54,998 bases of DNA, filler included, from Sphacelaria rigidula (GCA_964200075.2; 5 parts of 5 records of this genome joined end to end with filler, not necessarily neighbours in it), one strand, 5' to 3'; shown: positions 36,326 to 49,309, counted from the whole stretch's first letter. The notes: generated by a model from the sequence alone, not told the origin. Program-made: numbers and translations.

Positions 36326-36560
36326 CGGAGGCTGACGTCGAGATGCTCGAAGTCACAAAATTTAGTTGTGGGTTCGATTCCCGTCGGACGCACTTTCTTT
36401 GAAGAAAAAAAGAGGAAACTCCTACCTCCGGTAGAAAAAAAGGGTGATGGGGAGAGACCAATCCCCGAGTTGACTGCTAGGGATCCCAGTGAACACACTC
36501 TGGAAATGAGTAGGAGAGACGAGTAACTCCGAATGGATACGTGTGGCAACATTAGACCGA
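36326..36560 (+). mobile_element. Putative tRNA-derived SINE
   Basis: B box GGTTCGATTCC at 36371-36381. The head resembles the inverted tRNA-like sequence at 36612-36697. It begins exactly where eEF3 homology stops. Confidence 0.5.
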
Positions 36561-36563
36561 TAC

Positions 36564-36750
36564 TGTGAGCGCGAGAAGTTGTACAGCGCTGGCAAGGAAA
36601 GTCGCCCTCCTCGGAGTGAAAGTGACGGGGATCGAACCCCTACGACTAACTTTTATGACGATTTTTAGGCAATCGATTAGACTACCGTACAGTCAGCGCT
36701 GACTGTACGGTAGTCTAATCGATTGCCTAAAAATCGTCACAGGGTTCACA
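36564..36750 (+). repeat. Candidate 5' LTR of the downstream gypsy element (may extend to CA at 36761)
   Basis: TGTGAGC...GTTCACA inverted termini, followed by a PBS-like TGGTGGTTGATGTGG at 36763 and then gag. No second LTR on the scaffold to confirm it. Confidence 0.45.
36656..36739. repeat. Perfect 84-bp palindrome (42-bp arms, no spacer)
   Basis: TGACGATTTTTAGGCAATCGATTAGACTACCGTACAGTCAGC|GCTGACTGTACGGTAGTCTAATCGATTGCCTAAAAATCGTCA. Confidence 0.95.
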
Positions 36751-36762
36751 AACCGAGTGCAG

Positions 36763-39700
36763 TGGTGGTTGATGTGGCGGAATATGTCCGTCAGCTATTG
36801 GACTCTTTCTCGCATGCGGATATATGCCGAGTGTTGGGAATTGACGCCTGCGATGGAGGTCGCTCATGCACGATGGTCACTCCGCCGGAGGGGGGTCTAT
36901 ATCCCCCTTCCGTCGGTTCTGACGAGGCCCACGTTGGCTGATGAAGGAAACAGAGAGGGTTAACCCATCCTCGGCATAGCGGCTGCTGTAGCTAGAGTTG
37001 ATGAAGGGCACAGGACCTCCGTTAAGCGGTCAAATCCTGCAAGTTGTCCGTCCTCCCAAGGCGGTCAGGACGCGGACGGAGACGAGACCCTCGCTCGGGT
37101 TCTGCATAATGCTGAACTCCTTGCGGCGGCTCGTAGGAGCAGACAGTTAGCAGCGGCAATGAAAACAGATGAAGCCCTGGCTAGACGGCTATCTGAAATT
37201 CCAGCTGTTGAGACGTCGACTCGGGTATCTAACCCTACTAAGCCTGTCCCAGTAGGGAAACAGGAATTTGACAGAGAATGGCAGTTGGTAGGAAAGGCAT
37301 CGCGGTCATCTGCGCAGGCAGGGCAGTCGGCCTCCGCTGCAATCAGCAAACCAACTCCTGTGTCTTTGACTCCAACGTTTGCGTTCCCCGAATTGCTGTT
37401 TCATACTGCAAGAACGAGTTGCGTGCAGGCGGATACAAATTCCGTACGGCTAAAGGTGGCGGGAGCATTGGCAGGTGGCCGGAGGGATCTTTTCCGCGGG
37501 GTCGCCGAGGTCGGAGTCGGGCGCACCCTCGTGAGAGTAGCTTTCATGAAAAGAGGTACGAAGACACAAAGGAGTTGTCTGGAAATCTTAGAACAGTAGT
37601 TGATTTGACAGCAGCGGCTGCGCGACCGCCCGTAACTGTATAATCAGTGCCAACTCAAATTGATAACCCAGTGTCTTCAACTCCGAGACCCTCAACGGGG
37701 AAGTCTTCGGCTGAAATTGCGCGTGAGTATGCGAAAATGGACACATCTATTTTGATTAAGTTGCCAAAGTTACCGGTCAGTCCGGATCATGATGCCGCAG
37801 AGTTGGTAGCTTTTGGTGCTGGTCTTCGAGACTCCACAAATGAAATGCATGTAAATGTTGCTGACACCGACTCTCACGATTGGCACCCGGGTTGGGCGAA
37901 ATGTTTACAAAAACATCTTTTGAAATCGATTCGAGGTAATACATCCCCCTCCTATCGGTCCCAGGTAGCATTAGTGCTGAGAACCTGAATAGTTGATGTC
38001 CCGAACGAGGCAATTCGAAAGGAAGATGAGGGATCGACGGGTCCTGAGACGTTTGACCATGTCCTACGCATTCTTAGTAGAGCACTGAGTAAGGTCACCC
38101 CAGCTGGTGTTATGGATTTGCTTGTAAATTTCACAGGTGACCCTGGGACCACCTTCGCGACCTATCTATCTGAACTGAGACTGTTGGTAGGAAATGTGCA
38201 GAGTGTTGGTCAAAAATTAGCCCCGGGAAATGGTTCAATCCCATAGGCGATGAAAAACAGCATCGATGGCCAATTTCCTAATATTAGAGTGCACAGGCTT
38301 TTGCGGGTTGGCATCATCAACCCCTCCCCATTGAACATATTCAGCAATTGATGAACGCCCTTCGAGACTTCAACACGAACACCTTGGTGGCCGTAACATC
38401 TAGGCGTTTTGGTACTGGGAGTGCCGGTGGTGTAACAGCCAGAGCTAGACATTTCGCCAAGGCGTTACATCGTAAAAAAATCGGGGGTGTCATGGGTATC
38501 GATGAGGTGTACCAAGAGGAAGATACAAAAATGTAGTATGTCAATTCCATTGGTAGAAAAAAACAACCACCGTTTTGGGAAAAAGGGTGAAGGTCCTCCC
38601 TTTTACGAACCGTTCTAGCAAAAAATGCCTCGCGCAAAGCATTCGTTCCTTTCTGTGTCAATTGCGGTAGCTCGGAGCACCCTCTTGCCCGAGACTATCC
38701 TCAAGAACTCATAGATAAGTCGGGTATCATCCACCATGAAATCGGGGAAGGGCCCCCACAAGAAATTTCTGAAAAGTGGGGAAGATGGCAGCACTGGCTG
38801 TGTGCCTACCATCGTAATAGAAACAAACCTTGAAGGTGCAACGATGAAACTTGGGCCAGCTCATCGACAGCACTTCAGCCCGTTATAAGTAGTGGAGGCC
38901 CTGACCCTCCCGCAGAGATTGCAAATACTAATGGCGTTACTGTGTTCAGTTCGCACAGTCCAACTGGCTCATCCTTGCACGGGAAAACTACTACTTGGGG
39001 AAACGAGGGAAATGCGTTCCCACTGCGGACTGATGCCGAGATAGCCCTGGGTAAGAATTGTGGTGCCGATGAAACACTGGAATCCAACGTGAGGACTGAT
39101 CGTTCTCGTAGAGGTAATTCAAAAGTTGGGAATACATCACAATCCTGTACAGATCAAAATGTTAGCCAGTCTGTAGGCACTTTAATGCAGACGGGTGTAA
39201 GTAGGGCCTTGGCGTGGAAATCTTGCGCGACATCCCAGTCTAGCCGTCAGGATAGTGCATCGGGTAGGGGTAGCACCCCTAGTTGCGCACAAATTCTGAG
39301 CGATATTTTATGTGAAAATAAAAAGTCGAGTGCACAAGCAGGCAGCTGAGATGAATAATTTGAGCCGTCGGTTGAAGCTAGGGTTACGGATGGACCCGGT
39401 GCGATTGTACAGTCGCGGAGTAAAGAGCACCCAGTAGGACAAGTAAGCATTCAGGGTGGGGTAGGAAAAACGCATGATCGAGTTAGCTCTCAAGGTGGCC
39501 CTCGATATCCATCTGGACCGGTAAACACATGCAGAGATCGCCCCGCTGAATGTTCTACTGTGCAAGGCAAAACAACTCGAATCGGCCGGAGTAATAGTAA
39601 TGGTAGTCACCTGGTTGGTCGAAATGACGTTACTCCTGCCGAAACTAAATCTTCGACTGTCCACGTCACTTCTGCCCGCGGCAGCCGGGATAACAGTAAT

Positions 39701-42700
39701 ACTCTGGTGAGGGAAAAGGAAAATTGTCCCGCCGAGATTTCCAATGCGGCTGAAACAACATGCACCAGTTCGACGATCAGTAGCATTGAGGTAGGTGAAG
39801 GTGCAATTTCTCCAAATAGAGATCCCGATGTGCGTAGCTCAATAGCTCGCAACAACCGGGGCAACAGTAATACAGCTCAGTGAGGATCAAGCGTGGCTGG
39901 TCCTACTCTCGATCTGGCAACCGTGCACGGAAGTAGATCGTCTGACAACGGTAACGATGTGCAGGCATGCATGACTTTTGATTTCCCCGATAGAACCGTT
40001 GAAGAATCCCGAAATACTTGACGACAAACAGATCGTGATAAGTCTTCGTGTTGCGCAGTGCGAAGGGTAGTTGTAGAAAACGGTAACGACCCAAGCGGGA
40101 CACCAGCCGAAAGTATTTATGCGCTGGATCCAAAACCTGGCAGTCATTTGCCCACAGAATCAGTTTCCGCCCACGTCCCAGCGACAATATCTAGTCAGGT
40201 AGCGCGAGGAAGGAAAGGACCTTACTTGGAAAAAACATCACCAAGTCATGGGAGGGTAAATGATTTTGAACCGCAAAGAAAGTTCGACCTTGGTGCAAAT
40301 ATTTTCTGCCCCAACGGCAACTAGAACCTTGGAGGCTAAGGCTTTGGTGGACACGGGAAGTCCCGCGACGTTTATCCATCAAAAGATATGCAAAACAAAA
40401 TGGTTGATGTCGGGGCAGCCACCATCGAAGGTGTCCGAGAGATAGACCCGGTATCCTGGGGTGGCTTTAATAGTGTCCCGTTGTGTACTTCTTCACAGGT
40501 GCAGTTGAATATCAGACTGTGGTCTAGAAGACCCGAAACACGAATGTCAGTTCAGAGCGGACGAGCATGTTTAGTAATATACGCTCATGTTGTACCTGAT
40601 GGAACAATGAATCATTACATTCTAGTTGGACGTGATGGCCTTGGTTTATTACCCGTTAGAATGTATCGTGATGTGAACCGACGAAAAACAGTCATGACCT
40701 TGGAAGGAAACAGCATTGGAGTCATCCTACGATAGGGGGGGGGGTATGGTGGGCCATTGGTTGCTCGAAATTTCGAGTCAGATCGTCGTTGAAAGCAGCA
40801 ACGGTTGTTCGAACAAGCTTGTTGTGGATCAATAACGCTCACCCNNNNNNNNNNCACTTATGAGCCTCTTTTTTCGTGCAACCAAATACCCCCCCCCCCC
40901 TATCGTAGGAGGACTCATTGACTCTGTTGATCGTGCGTTTGCGGAACAAGTCCGCAATGCTGTTGGTTCTGCGGAACCGATATCGTCAACAGCTCAGGTT
41001 ATTGTAGTGTACAATGGATGTCATGATGTTATACGACCTGATAAATTGTCATGGATTCCTGTCAAACTATGTGACATGGACGGAACGCCCACCGAGAGTG
41101 GCTGTTAGTATGTATCTCTGGATCCAGATTGGTCCCCACTTGAAATTATCTTAGGAACAGGTGAATCCATTATCCCTCTCCGGCATAGCGGTTTCGAAGG
41201 ACAGATGTTGACTCTGAACACCACTTTAGGTTTGGCTGGAGCACCTTTGGTACCATGCTCTCTGGAGGACGTTGAGGTTTCTGAAAGAAAGCATCTGAAA
41301 CCCGACGATATATTCACGGTAGACTAAAATCTAGAAGAACCCCCGGTCTTGGCAGACTTAAACGATGAACAACAACAAGTACTCACGGATATGTGGGTGA
41401 AACTTCCCACACATGTGCGAAAATTAAAGTTTGGGTTGAAACGTGACATTGGACGGTTGACGACATTGAGATTTTGGGAGAACATTTGTGCAAATATTCA
41501 CATCGATTTTCAAAGGACAAGATGGATTTGGGGTATTGCACAGTGGATCCGTTCAAGATTGAACTCAAACCGGGGACGAGGTCCGTAAAACAGCGCCCGT
41601 ATCGTCATAACCCGGCGGTCCAAAAAAAGTGCAAGAGGAAATTGATCGTATGCTTGCAGCAGGAATTTTAAGGAGATAATATTCCCACTGAAGAAGTCCA
41701 CTCGTAGTTGTGAATAAAGCGGATGAGTCCCTTCGGATTACGTGCAACTATAAGAAACTCAACGACAGTAAAATAATTCCGGTGTTGCCCATTTCAATCA
41801 TTGAGGAACTCTTGGATGAAGTGGGGAGTGCCGAAATATTTTCATGTTTGGACATCACTTCAGGCTACTTTAGCGTGGCTATACCCCAGGACTCAATTCC
41901 ATTGACGGCGATTTGCACACAAAGTGGTATCTATGAGTGGTTAGTTACGCCGATGGGGTACAGTGGAAGTTCAGGTTGGTTTCAGGCTATCATGGCGAGA
42001 ATATGTAAGGGTTCGGAACGATGTCGACTCTATATTGATGATGTTTGTGCTTTCAGCGTAACAGGCAAACAGCATATAGAGGACTTGGAAGGTCTTTTTG
42101 AACGACTCACTAAGTACAACCTAAAGTTGGGATCTAAAAAGGCATATGTTGGGACGAAAGAAAAAAATTTCTAGGGCATCACATTTCCGCTGAGGGAATT
42201 TCTCCGGATCAGGACAAGGTACAGGCTTTAATCAAGATGCCAATGTCGTTTGATGTATCTATGCTCAGATTGCGATTGGGAGGATTGGGGTACTACCGGA
42301 AATTCATTCCCTTAATGGCTGCGAGACTCAAACCTCTAACGCAATTGCTGAAGAAAGGGACTTGTCCTCAATTGTCTAAGGACATGAATCTATAGCAAAA
42401 GAAAAGTTGCATTCCTTGACAGGTACAAATGCCTTAGCCTTTCCAAACTATAAAGTTGCAGCTTTGGAGAAACGCCCATTTATGCTTACCACGGATGCAT
42501 CACTGGATGGTCCGGGTGCGGTGGTGGAACAACGTCCAGAGGATAATACGTTCCGACCTCTTGTTTTTCTAAGTAGAGGAACCCTCCTAAACTAAAGAAG
42601 TTAGAGTGCGTTCGAACAAGAGGCAGCGGCTATTGTGTGGGGCATAAAAAAGAACAAACCACTTTTCTATGGTGTGCCGTTCGAGATTTACACTGATCAC

Positions 42701-43790
42701 CAACCTTGGCGAAATTTATTGAGTCTTGCAGAGAAGGTTCCGAGAGTTCAGCGTTGTCATGGCTTTTGAAGTGTGTACACTTATGGAATTAAGTACAAGT
42801 CAGGACGTTTGAACGCAAATGCGGATATGTTGTCTCGTTTACCACAGCCGCTGGGTGATAATGATATGTCTGGGGATGCCCGAATCACGGACCCGAGAGA
42901 CATGGACGTATATATCATTGGTGCTGGTGGAACATGGCGAGCATTTTTAAAAACTCGATTAGGGATGGACACGTCGGATCTGCAGCGGGTACCCGCGAAT
43001 CGAACTTGAATGGGCTGGACCCTGGATCGTTTTTTTTATATTGGGGGGAAAGAATTAAGTGCAGTCCCGCTCACGACCTCTGAAAACGCTGACCTAAAAT
43101 GGATCGAGCTACAAAGAGCGGGGGGTCGTACTAGTGCACGAGTGGGAAGAGAAAAAGCGGACAAGTATTCGTACGTAGTACTGGATGACACACCGTGAAT
43201 TTCTCCCTAGAGTAATGACATGGTCAGAGGACAACGGGAACAAGGTTTGACTTTGGGTGCATGTCCGATCACGGAATTAGGAAGATGATTGCTACAACCT
43301 CAAGAACACAGAGTCGCGCTAGTAATTGAACCCACAACCGATGAGGGAAGCAGCGGTGCGGGACCATTACCATCGGTGTCATCGACTCTGGAAGCAGAAG
43401 AAGCCTGACATTTTGGCAAACGTTTATGCCAGAAATCGGCAAACGATTGGGCCCATGTACAGCAGGAAGGTCTCACGTCTAGAACGATCATCGAATATTT
43501 GAAAAAACGGGTGACGGTGTTGACGAAGGATCAAGAAAAGGGGGTTCCCACACGAATTGACCTATCCGACTTCAAAAAATTACTGAAACAGGGAACACTT
43601 TTGGAAAAATCCGACGGAGGTTTAATATTAGTAAAAAAGCAAACGCCAATGCCCAGTTAACTGGACCGAAACTCGGGACAATTCGAGAGGTATTTGGGTG
43701 AAGAGCCAACCAGAACGTATGTGCCACTGCTTTTGAGACCTTGAGTAATGGACCAAACTCACGAAGAAGGAATTCATTTGGGGAAAGGTA
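36763..43790 (+). mobile_element. Decayed Ty3/gypsy LTR retrotransposon (gag-protease-RT-RNase H-start of integrase)
   Basis: Knuckle remnant CVNCGSSEHPLARDYP (about 38654), protease ALVDTGSPATFI (about 40340) and ILVGRD, RT LDITSGY..PMG..YIDD (41710-42174), RNase H LTTDAS..YTDH..NANADMLSR, integrase start YVPLLLRP..THEEGIHLG (about 43780). Many stops and frameshifts. Confidence 0.92.
40719..40916. mobile_element. Sola-like MITE (GAG...CTC termini, 4-bp TSD ATTG) inserted in gypsy pol
   Basis: ATTG|GAGTCATCCTACGATAGGGGG ... CCCCCTATCGTAGGAGGACTC|ATTG. Removal restores the frame EGNSI-DSVDRAF. Contains a 10-N gap. Confidence 0.8.
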
Positions 43791-43980
43791 TTGCTGCAAA
43801 TTTAGACACGTCAGTTTACGTTCGCTGTGTGTGATTGAAATCGCCGCTACAAGATACTGTACTGTATAGGCGGCGCGACTTGAAAGTTATTTGTTACGGT
43901 TCAGGTGAAACTGTAAACCACGTATAACAGTGTTTTCGTGAGATTGAGAGTAGATGATACGAGGGAGAGTGAAAAGCGGT

Positions 43981-44080
43981 NNNNNNNNNNNNNNNNNNNN
44001 NNNNNNNNNNNNNNNNNNNNNNNNTTAATTAATTAANNNNNNNNNNNNNNNNNNNNNNNNNNNNNNNNNNNNNNNNNNNN
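43981..44080. other. Artificial scaffold-joining spacer
   Basis: N44-TTAATTAATTAA-N44. Confidence 0.97.
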
Positions 44081-45175
44081 ACACCCGCCGAGAAGACCCT
44101 CCCCACGTCGTACCGACAAGACCGGTCGTGGCCTTCGTCGGAGGACGGGGAACGGAGGAGTAAGATGGGGCAAACCTGGTATTCAGGGGGGAAGCCACAT
44201 CGTTTGGGGGGAAAATCTCTCACACCCTTTCGGATCATAGCGAGTGCTTTCGCATGTGCTATGTCGTCTCGGGATCCCAGTTACATTGAGAACAGAACTA
44301 CTGAGAATAGTCAAAAAATATTTTCAGGTGGTAATGGCGCTTAGACACCCGTGATTGATTACACCTATCCTGGGTAGTGTTGAACTCGCAAAAAGCTGAC
44401 CCACTAAAACAAAAAAGTTTGCTGGCTGATGAGAATGCGTAGGCTCTTCTCCCGTCGACCAGCAACCGCTGACCTACTGGACACCGGGGGTTCTTACATA
44501 CATCTTAGATCGAGAGTTCTGTCATGATACAGTGTCCAGGCTGGTACTCGGTTCCCATCCTTCTTGTACAATGCTTATTCTACGACATGAATTTTTTCTA
44601 CTCGAAAAGAGTGGGGCACCTTAAAGTCGGATCCGCATTCAAGGAGACAATAAAAAAAACATGAATCGGAACTAGGACTGACCACAGAGAAAAGAAGAAA
44701 AAACAATAGAGAGAAAAATATATATATATAAAAAGCCATACTACACAGCGAGGAAAAGGGCACCACAACTCCGCAAGCTGTGAAGAAATAGAGGAGCCGC
44801 GTAGGCGCTATAGGACAAGAAAGGGCTATGAAAAACAAGCATAGAAAACAAGCAAAAGAGGCTATGGAACCCGGGGGAGATGAAAAAAAACTGCTAGTCC
44901 AACAAGATCCATCCGCCAGAAGTATATATTTATATTCAAAAAAGGGGGGAAAGGGAGCGAAGAAGGGAAGGAAAAACAAACTCAAGAAACGACTCGTACC
45001 TTCTTTCTGAAACTTTACATATGAAGAAAATGCAAGAAAACCGGAAACAAAAGGATGTAGACTGCACATTCTCAAGGTACCGTGTTAGAGGGTTGATAGT
45101 CCACGCTTTATCCCATCTAGTGTCATTCCCTTTTTTTCTCCTTGTTTTTTTTCTCTTTTCCGATTACGCCGCTTC

Positions 45176-46405
45176 CTAGCTCGTGACTGACGGTGTTGCC
45201 GTCTCGCTCGACTGCGCTAGCTGTTGGAGTTCTCTCCGTGACAACTCCTCCCAGTCCCCGTCGTCGTATCGCACTCTCCAGAAACGCTTGCCGTAGTCGA
45301 ACACTTGTCCCTTCTGCTGGACCCCACCGAAATCCTTCCAGAACGTGGAACCTATGGGGAACAAGTTCAGGGCATCACTGCATGACAAGGGGGCATGGTA
45401 GATGTTCGGGCGAGGCGGCGTACTTGGTGTCTTGGCTGGGTGGTGAATGCACCAGAGTGCGTGAAACCCACTCAGTTGCAGGGGTGTGCAACTTTCCAGG
45501 ACCTTGCCCTCCGGAAGCCAGTCTGACGTCGGCCCCTCCTGAGTCTTTCCTTGGTACTCCCAACCTGCACTTCCTTTCCCTGATTTGCACTCGCGGCGAT
45601 TCACTAGGGTAAGGAGGCGGAGTGTGGAGTTTGGCGAAGACGATATCTTGAAATCCGATCCCCATACAAACTGGGCAAACTCGCCGGCAATTGAGCGTCT
45701 CAAGTACGGCGGCCGTACATGGTACGGTTTTACATCAGACGGGGCTACTGTGTGAGTACGTAGTTTTCGTCCTTGCATCACTACCTCGAGACTGTGTCCG
45801 ACCATCAGTACCTTTTTCACCTTCCAAGGTCCCGTATACCTGTCGTGCTGCAGCTTCCTGCCCCTGCCATCTCGATACGTGGAGCTTTCACTCACCCTCA
45901 CCATTACCAGATCCCCTTCCGTGACCGACACGCCTGCTGATGGTCTCGAGATGGCTGCATTGCCCTTCTCCCGCGACGCTGCTTTTGCCCCCTGCCTTTT
46001 GTCCATCGCCATCCTTACCTCGCGGAGGTTCTGTTTGCGCTGTTCAACGAAGGCATCTAGTCCCTCGCTCGGCTCTGCTTCTTGTGAGAGGGGCACGAGA
46101 GAGTCTAGCGATGTGCGCGGTTTGCGGCCGAACAGCAGCTCAAAGGAGGACATGTTAAAGGGGAGCGATGTGTCGGGCAATGTGCGCTTGATCCAGAGGG
46201 CGGGTGAGACATACTCACCCCACCTCTGGGGCCACAGCCTACATTGTTCCGATAGCATGTCTAACAGCCATCCCCCAAGTTGCTCGACCGCTTCCTGACC
46301 GCGTGGGTGGTCTGACGGCCCAAAGGCGATGTCCGCCTTCAACCACCTGCACAGATGCGTGACGACATCGGCCCTGAACTCTTTGCCCCTGTCGCAGCGC
46401 ACCAT
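45176..46405 (-). pseudogene. Integrase C-terminal half (rve core, GPY/F-like motif, chromo-like, Tudor-like)
   Basis: 409-aa open segment, frameshifted from the upstream H2C2 segment (46438-46878). Confidence 0.85.
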
Positions 46406-49309
46406 TTGTGGGACACCAAAAGTCAGGCATAACTCTGCTAGGATGCGTGCGATCTCGTCCGCTTCCTTTGATGGCAGAGAAAATCCGAACGAGAATCGGG
46501 AAGTACCAATAGAATGTACTTGTTGCGCGAGTGTGACGTCACATCAATCGTAAGTAAGTCAATTTCCAACTCGGCCCATGGGTGTAGAGTGCGCCCCGGT
46601 CTCATCGCCATTTGACGGCTGCTTGCCTTCTTGCGTCGTCTACAGCTGCACGATAGCACGTACTGTCTGGTGTCACGTGTCATAGTAGGCCAATGAAAGC
46701 GGTCGTGCATCAGAGGAAGGGTGGCGCCTACTCCGACCTGTCCATGGAGTGCATGCACGAGTGCCAACAGGTCAGCTACCATCGTTTTCGGGACAACTAG
46801 CAGGTCCTCATTGTTGGCTGCTCGGTACCACAGTATACCTTGCTCGTCTACTTTGTAGTCTGACCGTCTCTCATTCACCGTCTCTGTGTTTCACTGCCTG
46901 CAAGATCTGACATCACCTGTTTGAGAAAGGAATCCCCTTGTTGGTGGGGCCGGAGATCGCCCACGTTGGTGAGTATCCGTAGTGCACGATCGATCGCCAT
47001 TGTGTCCGTCAGGTCCGGATCCGCTAACCCCGTTGGCATCTCTCCCCCGGCTAGGAGCACTTCACCCACTTCTACCCTCTCACCGGTTGTCGGCGGAACG
47101 ATCGGTTTCGGCACCTGTAGCGGTACTTCAATCAGCGTTGGCTCTGCGGACGGATTCGGGGCGACCACTCAAGGAGTGAAGGGCAGGGGTGTTGTATACG
47201 CAGCATCGGGGGGTTGCAGGCGTACTGACGGTCTGCGAGTACGAGTCGAACGGCGCACAAATTGGTTATCAGCGATGGCTGCGCGTTCTGATAAGGGGAG
47301 TCACCTCAGGGTTGAGATGTCCAGTGGGTTGTTGGAGCTCGGCGATATATGCATGCTTGTGCCTGCGCTCACTGACGTACCCGCTCCTTCTGCTTGTAGT
47401 TTCGGCAGTCGTTGTCCCGCGAGTTATGGTCCCTGTGGGCCTACAAATCCTGCCGGCGAGCCCGACGTGAAATCGTCCGGAAATGAGTCATCAAAGTCGG
47501 GCTGTGGCTCACTCGCGTGTGGGAGTCGGGACAGTGCATCTGGCAGCACATGTTTGGACCCCTCCCGCCACTGGAATTCGATGTCATACTCCATTAGCCG
47601 CAGGACCTCCCTGTCCAACTTGGGGCAGAAATCGCGGCTACGGAACAACCATATAAGTGCCCCGAACAGTCAGTGACCAACGTGAACCTTCTTCCAGCTA
47701 AGTATGGTATATATTGGTGGATAGCCCACAAGACAGTCATGCACTCTCGTGCTGCGGGTGCTCTGCGCGAGTCGTTGCGAGAGAACCGATGGCTGCCAAA
47801 TTCTACGATGCGTGTTTCGCACCCCACCGGCCGCAGCAGCACCGCCCCAGCACCCACCTCGCTAACGTCTGTCTGCAGTATAAACGCGTTGTTGGGATCG
47901 GGCAAGGCTAGTACCTTCGGCGAGGACAAGGCTGCTTCGAGGGCTTGGAACGCCTCCTCCTGCTCTTTATTCCACGGTATGGACAGCTTTCGTGCTCGCT
48001 TGGACGCGAAATCTTTGTTGCGTCGAGCAGGTCGGTTAATGGGGCGGTTACTAGGCTGTATTTCTCAACAAACTGGTGCAGGTACCCTGTGAGGCCAAGG
48101 AAAGTACGTAGTTCCTCGACGGTGGATGCTCTGGGCATTTCGGCGATGGCGGCGAGCTTGGATGGCGCGGGTTGAAGGCCGCTGCTATCTACCAGCATGC
48201 CCAGAACCTCTTGCGACGCCGATGCAAAAATGCACTTGGCGAAGTTCACCGAGAATATCGCGACTAACAAGCGTTGTAACACGATCACGAGTAGAGCTAG
48301 ATGCTCGTCCCAGGATGTGGTCGCGATGAGGATATCATCAAGCCAGGTGAACACCCCATCCATCTGTCCCACCGTATCTTTTACGCGGCGGGTAGAACTG
48401 TTGGACCTAAGCCTGCTCGTGTAAACTCGTATAAGAGGCCATCTGCATCTCGGAACGCCGTTTTGAAGCGGTCTTTCTCCACGATTTCGATGTGGTGGAA
48501 ACCGGAGGACACGTCGAGTTGGGTGAAGTAACGCTTACCTTTGAGGTCGTCGAAAATGGAGTGCATATCCCCGAGACCCCCGCTGTCCTACACTTAAGAG
48601 TTTGCTCAGTTCACGCTAATCAATGCATAAGCGCAAGGTGCCGTCTTTGTTTTCCACGCATAGGCATTGGGCTGCCCATGGGGAGGTTGAGGGTCGAATG
48701 ATCCCGCGATCAAGAAGCTTGTATATCTCTTCGCGGATCATGTGCCGTTCCTCCGGGGGAAACCGACGTTGCTTAGCTGCGAATGGCGTACATGACTCGT
48801 TAGTCAGGGGGAGCTCGAGTTCACCGTTGATACAAGCGGGAACCCGCTTGGGGTCTGTGGGGAACATTCCAGCTTCGATAAAGCTCAGCAGCGTGTCTAC
48901 CAGCTCTCTCTTTTCCGCTGCTGCAAGTTGGCCCATGTTGGCGTCCGCCTCGTTGACCTTGGGGTTTGTTTGGGCCGAGAAACTACTGTCTGGACATGAG
49001 GCGCGGGGTGGGGGGTCCACGGGGGGGTCTGTCGTAGATGGATGTGGGTCAAACAGTTAGTGAAACCTGGCGGGGTCACGTATGTTCAGTGCTATCATAC
49101 GCGCGACAGTTCCAGTAGGCTTCACCGCTACCTGCTCCGTACATCTATTCACAAGTTTTCAGTACACCGGCGACCCCGGCTGCCACCACGATACTCCCTT
49201 CGCGATCCCCACCTTTGCCCCCTTGTCCGGATCGAACTTTGCCTGTGGAAGTACAAGCACAAGCTGCCTATCCTGTGGTTGAGGACCGATCGCGGCTGTT
49301 TCTACCGCG

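Noticed and set aside
10922-44080. Regular spacing of about 11.02 kb between TTAATTAATTAA motifs, and any gene-neighbourhood story across them
   Set aside because: Artificial spacers joining length-sorted scaffolds; not biology.
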